Assembly (NCBI GenBank): GCA_040881685.1
Contig: JBBECS010000015.1
Location: forward strand, 3,736-67,735
DNA: 64,000 bases
Reading direction: 5' to 3'
DNA from: Acidimicrobiia bacterium
GTDB lineage: Bacteria > Actinomycetota > Acidimicrobiia > IMCC26256 > PALSA-555
Shown here: in pieces, positions 56,090-64,000 of the stretch
Position numbering within the stretch: position 1 is the stretch's first letter
Layout of the letters: every line of letters begins with the position of its first letter
Made by a program: the position numbers and the translations under genes
The notes under the pieces: model-generated
What the model saw: only the letters and a program-made list of their open reading frames with translations
Database searches by the model: none
What the model was told of the DNA's origin: nothing

Positions 56090-57001
56090 ATGCCCTGGGA
56101 TGTTGATGGCTATCTGGCCACGCTGGGCGGCAGGAGCCCCCACACCCAACGGGCCTACGAGCACGACGTTCGTGAGTTCGTGGGCTGGGCCGAGCGGGGT
56201 GGCTGCCCCGAGCCGGTGAACGCCGACCGCCGAGCACTGCGCCGATACCTCGCCTTTCTGGGCACTCGGGGTTTCGCCCGTCGCTCGGTCTCGCGCAAGG
56301 CGGCCGCGGTCCGGGCCTACCTCCGGCACCTCCACCGCCAGGGCGTGTTGCCCACGGATCCGGGCCGCGCCCTGCGCGCGCCGCGTGGCGACGCCCGGCT
56401 GCCGCGGGTCCTGCGGGCCGAGGAGGCCGCCGCGCTCCTCGACGGTGCCGGCGCGCGGGTCGACCTGCCCGACACGCTCGACGATCCGCTCGCCGCCGCG
56501 CTCGCGCGCCGTGACGTCGCCGTCCTCGAGGTCCTCTACGGCGCCGGGCTGCGCGTGAGCGAGTGCTGCGGTCTGAAGATCGAGGACTGCGATCTCCGGG
56601 CCGGGCTCGTCACCGTGCTCGGGAAGGGTGGCCGCGTCCGGCGCGTCCCGATCGGCGAGCCCGCGCGCGACGCAGTCACTGACTGGCTCAGTCGCGGCCG
56701 AGCCGTGCTGGCAACACCCGACTCACCGCCCGACGCGGTGTTCCTCGCGCGCCGAGGCGGTGCACTCTCCACGCGTGAGTCGCATCGCATCGTCGCCGCG
56801 CAGCCCACAGGCACGCGCGGCAAGCTCCATCCCCATGCACTTCGGCACGCGTATGCGACGCACCTCCTCGAGGGCGGCGCCGACCTGCGTGCGGTGCAGG
56901 AGCTGCTTGGTCATGCCGACCTGGCCACCACGCAGATCTACACGCACGTGACCCGCGACCGCCTCCGCGCCGTCTACGACGAAAGCCATCCCCGTGCCTG
57001 A
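56090..57001 (+). CDS. xerC: tyrosine recombinase XerC
   Basis: SPHTQRAYEHDVREF, LYGAGLRVSE, GKGGRVRRVP, HALRHAYATHLLEGGADLRAVQELLGHADLATTQIYTHV. Confidence 0.9.
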   Translation: MPWDVDGYLATLGGRSPHTQRAYEHDVREFVGWAERGGCPEPVNADRRALRRYLAFLGTRGFARRSVSRKAAAVRAYLRHLHRQGVLPTDPGRALRAPRGDARLPRVLRAEEAAALLDGAGARVDLPDTLDDPLAAALARRDVAVLEVLYGAGLRVSECCGLKIEDCDLRAGLVTVLGKGGRVRRVPIGEPARDAVTDWLSRGRAVLATPDSPPDAVFLARRGGALSTRESHRIVAAQPTGTRGKLHPHALRHAYATHLLEGGADLRAVQELLGHADLATTQIYTHVTRDRLRAVYDESHPRA

Positions 57002-57773
57002 CGATCCGGAGACGACCGCGCTCGTCAACGACCTCTGGCAGGTCTACAAGAAGGGCGGCACGACCGCGGCTCGCGAGCGCCTGATCATCCACTACTCGCC
57101 GCTCGTGAAGTTCGTCGCCGGCCGCGTTGCCTCCGGGCTCCCACAGAACATCGAGCAGACCGACCTCGTGAGCTACGGGATCTTCGGGCTCATCGACGCC
57201 ATCGACAAGTTCGAGCCCGAGCGCGGCTTCAAGTTCGAGACGTACGCGATCGCTCGCATCAAGGGCGCGATCATCGACGAGCTCCGCTCCATCGACTGGG
57301 TGCCGCGCTCGGTGCGGGCTAAGGCCCGTGCGGTGGAGCGCGCCTACTCCGAGCTCGAGAACGAGCTGCGCCGGAACCCGCAGGACTCCGAGGTGGCCGC
57401 GAAGCTCGGGCTCTCCGAAGACGAGTTCGGCCAGACGCTGTCGCAGATCTCGTTCACCGGTCTGGTCGCGCTCGACGAGCTGATCGGTGGCGGTAGTGGC
57501 GATGGCGGGGGTGGTTCCACGCTGGGCGACACGATCTCGGACGGTGGCCACAACCCGGTCGAGGCGTTTGAAGTCGACGAGATGAAGCACCTGCTCGCCG
57601 ACCTGATCAACCGGATGCCCGACCGCGAACGTCTCGTCCTCACCCTCTACTACTACGAGGCGCTCACCCTGGCGGAGATCGGCCAGGTGCTCGGTGTCAC
57701 CGAGAGCCGCGTGTGCCAGATCCACACCAAGGCGATCCTCCAGCTGCGCGCCCGTCTGGCCGACCCCGCGTAG
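56994..57773 (+). CDS. whiG: FliA/WhiG-family RNA polymerase sigma factor
   Basis: DLVSYGIFGLIDAIDKFEPERGFKFETYAIARIKGAIIDELRSIDWVPRSVR is the region 2 to region 3 stretch typical of the sigma-28/WhiG group. Region 4 reads LTLAEIGQVLGVTESRVCQIHTKA. The GTG overlaps the xerC end. Confidence 0.9.
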   Translation: MPDDPETTALVNDLWQVYKKGGTTAARERLIIHYSPLVKFVAGRVASGLPQNIEQTDLVSYGIFGLIDAIDKFEPERGFKFETYAIARIKGAIIDELRSIDWVPRSVRAKARAVERAYSELENELRRNPQDSEVAAKLGLSEDEFGQTLSQISFTGLVALDELIGGGSGDGGGGSTLGDTISDGGHNPVEAFEVDEMKHLLADLINRMPDRERLVLTLYYYEALTLAEIGQVLGVTESRVCQIHTKAILQLRARLADPA

Positions 57774-57785
57774 GCGCCCAGAAAA

Positions 57786-57836
57786 CCCCGCTCGACCTCT
57801 TCCCATTCGTCGCGCGCGCCACTACGGTGCGCTCGC
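57786..57836 (-). repeat. second-type repeat copy in the whiG to M23 gene spacer
   Basis: It carries CCCCGCTCG (57786-94) and GCGCGCCACTACG (57814-26, identical to 32422-34). CGGTGCGCTCGCAC is the inverted counterpart of CGGTGCGAGCGCAC at 55938-51. Confidence 0.5.
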
Positions 57837-57882
57837 ACTTCCTTTGGCTTCCCCGCCCGTGCTCTAGCTCCGGGGGAGGCCG

Positions 57883-59715
57883 ATGCCACCGCCTCGTTCG
57901 TTGGGTTGGCGCGTGCGGTGGCTCGCCTTCGCCACCCTCGTCGCAGTCGTTGCCACCGCACTGCCAGACGCGCCGGCCGGCGCTGACAGCTCGACTTGGG
58001 CTCCGCCGGTGCCTGGCGCCGTTGTTCGTCCGTATGTCGAGCCGCTCGCTCGTTTTGCGTCGGGCCATCGAGGCGTCGACTTCGCCGCCCCGGCCGGCAC
58101 CGAAGTTCGCGCCGCGAACGACGGCCGCGTCACGTTCGCTGGCACTGTCTCGGGCTCGCTCCATGTCGTGGTCGAGCACGCGGGCGGCATTCGCACGTCG
58201 TACTCGTTCCTCGCTCGCATCGAAGTCGACGAAGGAGCCGCGGTGCGCCGCGGCGAGACGCTCGGGATCGCCGGTGGGAGCGGGGGCGGTCACCGCCCCG
58301 GCGCCTTGCACTTCGGTACCCGGATTGGTGATCGCTACTTCGACCCGATGCTCCTCTTCGGACCGACGGATCTCACCGAGCTGGTGCGTCTCGTTCCTTC
58401 TGGGGTGCGTGTTCCATCCGACGAGACGTTCATCTGGCGCGAGCTCCAGGACGACGGCGACGACTGCGCGGGCGGCATCCCGCTGGTGGAACAGCTGTGC
58501 GACGCGGGGGAGGCGGTCGTTGGGGTCGTCGGCGAACGTGCCCGAGAGCTGTGGGAGCAGGTCGAGGACTTGGTCGACCTGGGGCTTGCCGCGCTGCGGA
58601 CGGTCGTGGAGGCGACCCGTGAGCTGGTCGAGCGGGTCGAGCGCGTCGCGCGCGACGTCCTCCAGACGCTGCGCGATGTGGCCAACAAGGTTGAACGCGC
58701 CGTCGAGGAGCTGGCCACCAAGATCGCCAACGGCGCGATCGCGGTCTTCAACGCCGTCGTCGAGGCAGGACGGAAGCTGTACGAACAGCTCACGTCGTGT
58801 CCACAGCCACCGCCGCGAGCGCACTCGAAGGGTTCGGGAAACGTCGCCGTCGCGGTTGGTGGTCTCGGCAGCTGGAGGCGGCGTCAGCAGCCGGACGCGC
58901 ATGGCGATGCATACGACGAGAAGTTCCAGACCCGCTGGCGGATGCTCGGCTACGACCGCGACGAGGTCGAGTACTTCTCCTACCGGCCCGGGTCACGGAC
59001 GTATGGCCCGAAGGACACCTTGAGCGATCTTCACGCGCAGGCGCGGTCGCTCGGGCGTCAGATCCAGGAGCAGGCACGTGCACATCCGGGCACGGCCATC
59101 GACCTTGTGGGCCACTCGCAGGGCGGGCTCGTCATCGACCTGTTTCTGACCGACGTCTACGGCGGCCACGAGGATGAATACCCACCAATCGACAACGTCG
59201 TGACGTTCGGTTCACCGCACGAAGGCACGCCCATCGCCGATCTCGGGCAGCAGATCAGCGATCACATGTTTGCCGGACCGATCGTGAGGTTGCTCGACCC
59301 GACCGACATCATCGGCGCGGAGTCCGTCGAGCAGATGACGTCGGACTCGGAGACGATCAAGAAGCTCTGGGACGCCGGCGAGGCTCCGGAGGACATTCGA
59401 TTCATCTCGATCATCGGTTCCGAGGATCCGATCGTGCCGTCCAACCGTGCCGACGTGCCGGGTGCGACGAAGGTCGTCGTACCGGCCGGCGCCCCGCTGT
59501 GGCCTGATGACCATTCGGCAGTGCTTCGCGATGACGACGCGATCAGCGCCGCGCAGGCACATCTGAGCGGACGCGCACCGGCCGACTCCTGCGGCTTGTT
59601 CACCGATGTCGGCGGCTGGCTCTACACGGAGCTCGTCGACAAGGTCAACGAGAGGATCTCGTTGACGCCCGGCGGCACCGCACATCCCTACAACCCGGAG
59701 TACTGGCGATCATGA
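57883..59715 (+). CDS. secreted M23 peptidase domain / coiled-coil / alpha-beta hydrolase (lipase-like) fusion protein
   Basis: Signal-like N-terminus WLAFATLVAVVATALPDAPAGA. The M23 region is GHRGVDFAAPAGTEVRAANDGRVTFAG...ALHFGTRIGDRYFDP. A helical linker of about 120 aa follows. The C-terminal domain has the nucleophile elbow GHSQGG and candidate Asp (GSEDPIVP) and His (PDDHSAV). The SD-like GGGGGAGG lies just upstream. Confidence 0.85.
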   Translation: MPPPRSLGWRVRWLAFATLVAVVATALPDAPAGADSSTWAPPVPGAVVRPYVEPLARFASGHRGVDFAAPAGTEVRAANDGRVTFAGTVSGSLHVVVEHAGGIRTSYSFLARIEVDEGAAVRRGETLGIAGGSGGGHRPGALHFGTRIGDRYFDPMLLFGPTDLTELVRLVPSGVRVPSDETFIWRELQDDGDDCAGGIPLVEQLCDAGEAVVGVVGERARELWEQVEDLVDLGLAALRTVVEATRELVERVERVARDVLQTLRDVANKVERAVEELATKIANGAIAVFNAVVEAGRKLYEQLTSCPQPPPRAHSKGSGNVAVAVGGLGSWRRRQQPDAHGDAYDEKFQTRWRMLGYDRDEVEYFSYRPGSRTYGPKDTLSDLHAQARSLGRQIQEQARAHPGTAIDLVGHSQGGLVIDLFLTDVYGGHEDEYPPIDNVVTFGSPHEGTPIADLGQQISDHMFAGPIVRLLDPTDIIGAESVEQMTSDSETIKKLWDAGEAPEDIRFISIIGSEDPIVPSNRADVPGATKVVVPAGAPLWPDDHSAVLRDDDAISAAQAHLSGRAPADSCGLFTDVGGWLYTELVDKVNERISLTPGGTAHPYNPEYWRS

Positions 59716-60863
59716 GCGCTCACCTTCACCGATTTGGCACGTTCCTCACGCTGTTCGTGGTGGTCGTCGTGCTCGCGGGACACCCCGCGGCACGCGCCGC
59801 GGAGCCGACGCTCGATGAAGGTTGGCAATCTTCCGGACCTATCGAACCGCAGTCGCTCGCGGCCGACGCGCAGGGCGCGGTGGCGCTCGGACGCACAGGT
59901 GAAGTCGTCGTCGTCGACGCCGCTGGCCTCGAGCGATGGCGGCGGACCATCGTGGCTGACGTCGACTTCGGCCCAGTTGCTATCGGCGCCGACCTCGTGG
60001 TCGTCACCGTCGACGACGAAGGACTGATCGCGTTCGAGCGGGCGTCGTCGGAGGGCCGGTGGGAGCACCTGGCTGCGGGTGCGCGCGACGTCGCCGTCGG
60101 CGCCACCTCCGACGGCACGAGCGCGGTTGCGGTCGTGAGTGACCTCGGAGTCCTCGAACTCGTGGATGGTGCGACGGGGACCGTGCGCTGGACGGCTGCG
60201 TTCCCGATCGCCGACGCGATCATTGCCGCGCGCACGTGGGTCGTCGGCGAACGCGTTGTGCTCTTCTGGACCGACGATGCCGGTGCTCATGTGCGGGCGT
60301 TCACCTCAGACGGCGGTAGTGAGAGCTGGGGGAGTGATTTCCCAGAGTCCTCGTCGATGGCCGCGGTCAGCGACGAGTCGGTCACGATCGCGGAGAACTT
60401 GCGGATTGACCGGCGCGAGCGGGTCGTGACCGAGATCCGCCACTTGGCAGTCCTGGATGGGAGCGAGCTCTGGGCGCGTCGCTCGCGCAGCAGGTCCCCG
60501 TACTCGAGCGGACTGGAAACCGTGGCGGCTCCACAGGGGATCGCGTTGGTGGACCTGGCTGGGAAGGTGACGGTGCTCGACCCGAGCACGGGGAAGGTGC
60601 GCTGGAAGATGGCGACCGGCCTCGTGCAATTCGAGGCCGAACCCCACGTCGTCGGCGAGGTGTTCGCCATGACGACCTACGGCACAGGGATCATGTTGGC
60701 CAACATGGCCGACGGCGACGCGATCTCCACCGATGCGCTCGACCCGACCCAGACCGCAGCGACCATCGAGGCGAGCGCCGCGGCCGGCGATCACCTTTAT
60801 CTCCTCGTCTCGCGGTTGTGGGGCGACCCTGAGATCTGGATGCTGCAGGCCGGCCCCGCCTGA
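59712..60863 (+). CDS. PQQ-like beta-propeller repeat protein, secreted
   Basis: Signal-like [20 protein letters not shown]. The repeated motif x-D-x-x-t-G-x-x-x-W appears as [44 protein letters not shown] and [12 protein letters not shown]. The ATG overlaps the upstream TGA (ATGA). Confidence 0.75.
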   Translation: MSAHLHRFGTFLTLFVVVVVLAGHPAARAAEPTLDEGWQSSGPIEPQSLAADAQGAVALGRTGEVVVVDAAGLERWRRTIVADVDFGPVAIGADLVVVTVDDEGLIAFERASSEGRWEHLAAGARDVAVGATSDGTSAVAVVSDLGVLELVDGATGTVRWTAAFPIADAIIAARTWVVGERVVLFWTDDAGAHVRAFTSDGGSESWGSDFPESSSMAAVSDESVTIAENLRIDRRERVVTEIRHLAVLDGSELWARRSRSRSPYSSGLETVAAPQGIALVDLAGKVTVLDPSTGKVRWKMATGLVQFEAEPHVVGEVFAMTTYGTGIMLANMADGDAISTDALDPTQTAATIEASAAAGDHLYLLVSRLWGDPEIWMLQAGPA

Positions 60864-61005
60864 GAACCGGCTCGAGACCCCCACTACACTGACTCCTCGA
60901 CTCGGACCTTGGTCCGGGATCTCACACGCTCGCAGCAACTCTCAGGTCGTCGTCGCCCTCGGGCCTCGGCGCCAGCGGGCGGATGTACAACTTGAGGAGT
61001 CCCTC

Positions 61006-61962
61006 GTGGCTGTCGTCACCATGAAGCAGCTTCTGGAGGCCGGGGTCCACTTCGGTCACCAGACGCGCCGTTGGAACCCGAAGATGCGTCGCTTCATCTT
61101 CGGTGAGCGCAACGGCATCTACATCATCGATCTCCAGCAGACGCTCGAGCGCATCGACACTGCCTTCCGCTTCATCCGCAAGACGGTGGAGGACGGCGGC
61201 ACGGTGCTGTTCGTGGGCACGAAGAAGCAGGCCCAGGAGCCCGTGCAGAGCCAGGCCGACCGGTGCGGCATGCCGTACGTGAACTACCGGTGGCTCGGCG
61301 GCATGCTCACGAACTTCCAGACCGTGCACGCCCGCGTGTCCAAGCTCCACGAGCTCGACCGCATGGTGACGTCGGGCGAGACCGAGCAGATGATCAAGAA
61401 GGAAGGCCTGAAGGTCAAGCGCGAGCGAGACAAGCTCCAGCGCAACCTCGGCGGCATCACCCGCATGGAGAAGCTCCCCGACGCGGTGTTCGTGATCGAC
61501 ACCAAGAAGGAGCACATCGCGGTCACCGAGGCGAACCGGCTCGGCATCCCCGTCATCGCGGTGGTGGACACCAACTGTGATCCCGACATCATCGACTTCG
61601 TGATCCCCGGCAACGACGACGCGATCCGTTCAGCCACGCTCATGAGCCGCATCGTCGCCGACGCGGCCGACGAGGGCCGCCTGCTCGCGCAGCGCAAGGC
61701 CGGCCCGGCCAAGCCGGCGAAGGCCGACACGCCCAAGGCGCCGCCACCAAAACCCCTTGACCCCGAAGAGGCGGCGCGCAAGGCCGAGGAGCAGAAGCAG
61801 GCGCGTGATGCGGCCGCGGCTGCGCAGGCCGAGCGCGAGGCGAAGCTCAAGGCATCCAAGAAGGACGCGCCGCCCGACGACGCGCCGGCGGAAGCCGCAG
61901 CGGAGCCCGAGGCGGCAGTGGCTGACGAACCAGCTCCTGACGAGACGGCGGCGGCCACCTGA
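61006..61962 (+). CDS. rpsB: 30S ribosomal protein S2 with Ala/Pro/Lys/Glu-rich C-terminal extension
   Basis: (M)[45 protein letters not shown]. The GTG start at 61006 gives the canonical actinobacterial MAVVTM N-terminus. Confidence 0.95.
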   Translation: MAVVTMKQLLEAGVHFGHQTRRWNPKMRRFIFGERNGIYIIDLQQTLERIDTAFRFIRKTVEDGGTVLFVGTKKQAQEPVQSQADRCGMPYVNYRWLGGMLTNFQTVHARVSKLHELDRMVTSGETEQMIKKEGLKVKRERDKLQRNLGGITRMEKLPDAVFVIDTKKEHIAVTEANRLGIPVIAVVDTNCDPDIIDFVIPGNDDAIRSATLMSRIVADAADEGRLLAQRKAGPAKPAKADTPKAPPPKPLDPEEAARKAEEQKQARDAAAAAQAEREAKLKASKKDAPPDDAPAEAAAEPEAAVADEPAPDETAAAT

Positions 61963-62801
61963 TGGCCGAGTTCACTGCCGCGGACGTCGCGGCGCTGCGC
62001 AAGGCGACGGGTGCCGGGATGATGGACTGCAAGACGGCGCTCACCGAGAGCAACGGCGACATGGACGCAGCCAAGGACTGGCTGCGTACCAAGGGCCTGT
62101 CCGGATCCGGGCGAGCGCGCGCGGCCAACGACGGGGCGGTCGAGGTGATCGTCGATGGCAACGTGGGCGCGCTCGTCGAGCTCACGGCGGAGACCGACTT
62201 CGTGGCCAAGGGCTCCGTGTTCACGGACACGGTCACCAAGCTGGCGCGCCTCGCGGTCGAAGAGGCCAAAGAGGAGATCGCCAAGCTCGACTTCGAAGAC
62301 GCGACGGTCGAGGAGCACATCACCCAGCTCGCAGCCAAGCTCGGCGAGAACATCGGTCTTGGGCGCGTCGTGGTGTACGAGTCCGCCGACGGTCTCATCG
62401 ACGGCTACAAGCACATCCAGACCGGGCGCGGCACGATCGGCGTGCTCATGGAGCTCGCCGGCGTCGATCCCACTGACGCCAAGGCCAAGGAAGTCGCCCA
62501 CGACATCGCGCTGCACGTGGCCTCGGCCGCGCCGCGCTGGACGACCCGCGACGAGGTGCCGGCCGACGTGGTCGAGAAGGAGCGGGCGGTGCTCGAGGAG
62601 CTCACCCGCAACGAGGGCAAGCCCGACGCTGCGATCCCGAAGATCGTGGAGGGCCGCATCGGCGGCTTCTACAAGGAGAACGTGCTGCTCGAGCAGGCCT
62701 TCGTGCGTGACTCCAAGACGACGATCGGCAAGCTGGTGGAGGGTCTGGGCAAGGACGCCACCGTGCGCCGATTCGCGCGAGTGAAGGTCGGCGAGGACTG
62801 A
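61962..62801 (+). CDS. tsf: translation elongation factor Ts
   Basis: FTAADVAALRKATGAGMMDCKTALTESNGDMDAAKDWLRTKG. The ATG overlaps the rpsB TGA. Confidence 0.95.
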   Translation: MAEFTAADVAALRKATGAGMMDCKTALTESNGDMDAAKDWLRTKGLSGSGRARAANDGAVEVIVDGNVGALVELTAETDFVAKGSVFTDTVTKLARLAVEEAKEEIAKLDFEDATVEEHITQLAAKLGENIGLGRVVVYESADGLIDGYKHIQTGRGTIGVLMELAGVDPTDAKAKEVAHDIALHVASAAPRWTTRDEVPADVVEKERAVLEELTRNEGKPDAAIPKIVEGRIGGFYKENVLLEQAFVRDSKTTIGKLVEGLGKDATVRRFARVKVGED

Positions 62802-62804
62802 TCC

Positions 62805-63542
62805 GTGGCGCCCAAGAGCCAGTACCGACGAGTGGTGCTGAAGCTCTCGGGTGAGGCGTTCGCCGACACCACCATCGGCTACGGCATCGACGCCAAGGTC
62901 GTGCAGCGCATCGCCGACGAGGTGGCCAGCGCGCGCAGCGATCTCGGGGTGGACATCGCCGTCGTCGTGGGTGGCGGCAACATCTTCCGCGGCATGAGCG
63001 GGGCCAAGCGAGGGATGGACCGGGCCCGCGCCGACTACATGGGCATGCTCGCCACGGTCATCAACGCGCTCGCACTCCAGGACGCGCTCGAGGCGGCAGA
63101 TCAGCCCACGCGGGTGCAGACCGCCATCGCGATGGCCCAGGTGGCCGAGCCGTTCATCCCGCTGCGTGCGATCCGTCACATGGAGAAGGGGCGCGTGGTC
63201 GTCTTTGCCGCCGGCACCGGCAACCCCTACTTCACCACCGACACCACCGCAGCCCTGCGCGCCGCGGAGATCGGCGCCGAGGCGATCCTGAAGGGCACCC
63301 ACTCGGGTGTTGACGGCATCTACACGGCCGACCCCCGGAGCGATCCCAAAGCAGTGAAGCTGACCGAGGTGAGCCACTTCGAGGTCCTGAACCAACGGCT
63401 CGAGGTGATGGACTCGACCGCGATCACGTTTTGCATGGACAACGCGCTCCCGATCATCGTGTTCGACGTGATGGAGCCGGGAAACATCGCACGGGCGCTC
63501 CTCGGCGAGCCGATCGGCACGATCGTGCACACTGCGGTCTGA
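62805..63542 (+). CDS. pyrH: UMP kinase
   Basis: [41 protein letters not shown] and [14 protein letters not shown]. Confidence 0.95.
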   Translation: MAPKSQYRRVVLKLSGEAFADTTIGYGIDAKVVQRIADEVASARSDLGVDIAVVVGGGNIFRGMSGAKRGMDRARADYMGMLATVINALALQDALEAADQPTRVQTAIAMAQVAEPFIPLRAIRHMEKGRVVVFAAGTGNPYFTTDTTAALRAAEIGAEAILKGTHSGVDGIYTADPRSDPKAVKLTEVSHFEVLNQRLEVMDSTAITFCMDNALPIIVFDVMEPGNIARALLGEPIGTIVHTAV

Positions 63543-63561
63543 GACGCGGGAGACTCGCCCC

Positions 63562-64000
63562 ATGGCCGACAACGAGCTCACCGACATGGTCGTGGAGGAT
63601 TGCCACGACAAGATGCGCAAGGCGATCGAGCACCTCAAGGGGGAGTTCGGCGCGGTGCGCACCGGGCGCGCCAGCGCGGCGCTCGTGGAGAAGCTGATGG
63701 TGGACTCCTACGGCGCGATGGTGCCGCTCCAGCAGCTCGCCGGGTTCAGCGTGCCCGAACCGCGCCTGCTGGTGATCTCGCCGTACGACAAGAACAACAT
63801 CAAGGGCATCGAGAAGGCGATCAACACCAGCGACCTCGGGGTGAACCCCAGCAACGACGGCGCGGTGATCCGCCTCTCGTTCCCGCAGCTCACCGAGGAG
63901 CGCCGCAAGGAGCTCGTGAAGGTGGTGAAGAACCGGGCCGAGGAGGGCCGGGTGGCGGTGCGCAACATCCGCCGGGAGGCTCGCAAGGATCTGGAGGCAC
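63562..64000 (+). CDS. frr: ribosome recycling factor (partial, runs off the right edge)
   Basis: The ATG at 63562 gives [60 protein letters not shown]...[17 protein letters not shown]. It is absent from the ORF track because no stop codon lies within the window. Confidence 0.9.
   Translation, partial: MADNELTDMVVEDCHDKMRKAIEHLKGEFGAVRTGRASAALVEKLMVDSYGAMVPLQQLAGFSVPEPRLLVISPYDKNNIKGIEKAINTSDLGVNPSNDGAVIRLSFPQLTEERRKELVKVVKNRAEEGRVAVRNIRREARKDLEA

Noticed and set aside
60903-60916. Hairpin CGGACC-TT-GGTCCG after the beta-propeller gene, as a terminator or rpsB leader element.
   Set aside because: The stem is short (6 bp) with no U-tract and no recognisable similarity to known rpsB leaders. 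The evidence is insufficient for a feature call.

Overview
This window is 64 kb of a visibly high-GC, Actinomycetota-type chromosome; third codon positions are almost always G/C. A closer guess of Acidimicrobiia-like is inference only.

I can support about 70 protein genes. They are tightly packed, and many have 1-4 nt start/stop overlaps. The backbone is housekeeping:
- mcr, purK, gltBD, a UvrD2-like helicase, galK, ddl, pckG, rpmB
- the DAK2 gene, then recG-rsmD-coaD
- yceD-rpmF-plsX-acpP-rnc-mutM-acyP-smc-mscS-ftsY-ffh
- rpsP-KH-rimM-trmD-rplS, DUF2469-yraN, dprA/comM, xerC-whiG, rpsB-tsf-pyrH-frr

I recognised no rRNA, tRNA, CRISPR array or transposase. Most long ORFs in the six-frame track that lie antisense to or out of frame with these genes are high-GC artefacts.

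The least ordinary stretches are:
1. A DUF222/HNH (REP13E12-like) gene at 3.2-4.4 kb.
2. A block of uncharacterised envelope proteins at 12.5-16.5 kb.
3. A secreted M23-peptidase/alpha-beta-hydrolase fusion translationally coupled to a beta-propeller gene at 57.9-60.9 kb.
4. A 650 bp non-coding region at 19.1-19.7 kb.

The most interesting signal is not a gene. It is a dispersed family of short structured repeats, with at least 11 clear copies plus degenerate relatives.
- Each is built from AGCGAGCG/GAGCGGG words flanking GC hairpins with TAT/TAC triloops.
- The stems differ between copies by compensatory changes, and their imperfections are G-T on the + strand.
- The copies sit against start and stop codons.
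- One copy forms a 29-codon mini-ORF with an ATGA overlap to coaD and a GTGA overlap to the next gene.
- One copy is inserted in frame inside recG.
- One copy supplies the C-terminal tail of a MhuD-like protein.

The behaviour recalls mycobacterial MIRU/REP-type elements, but I cannot assign it to a known family from the sequence alone.
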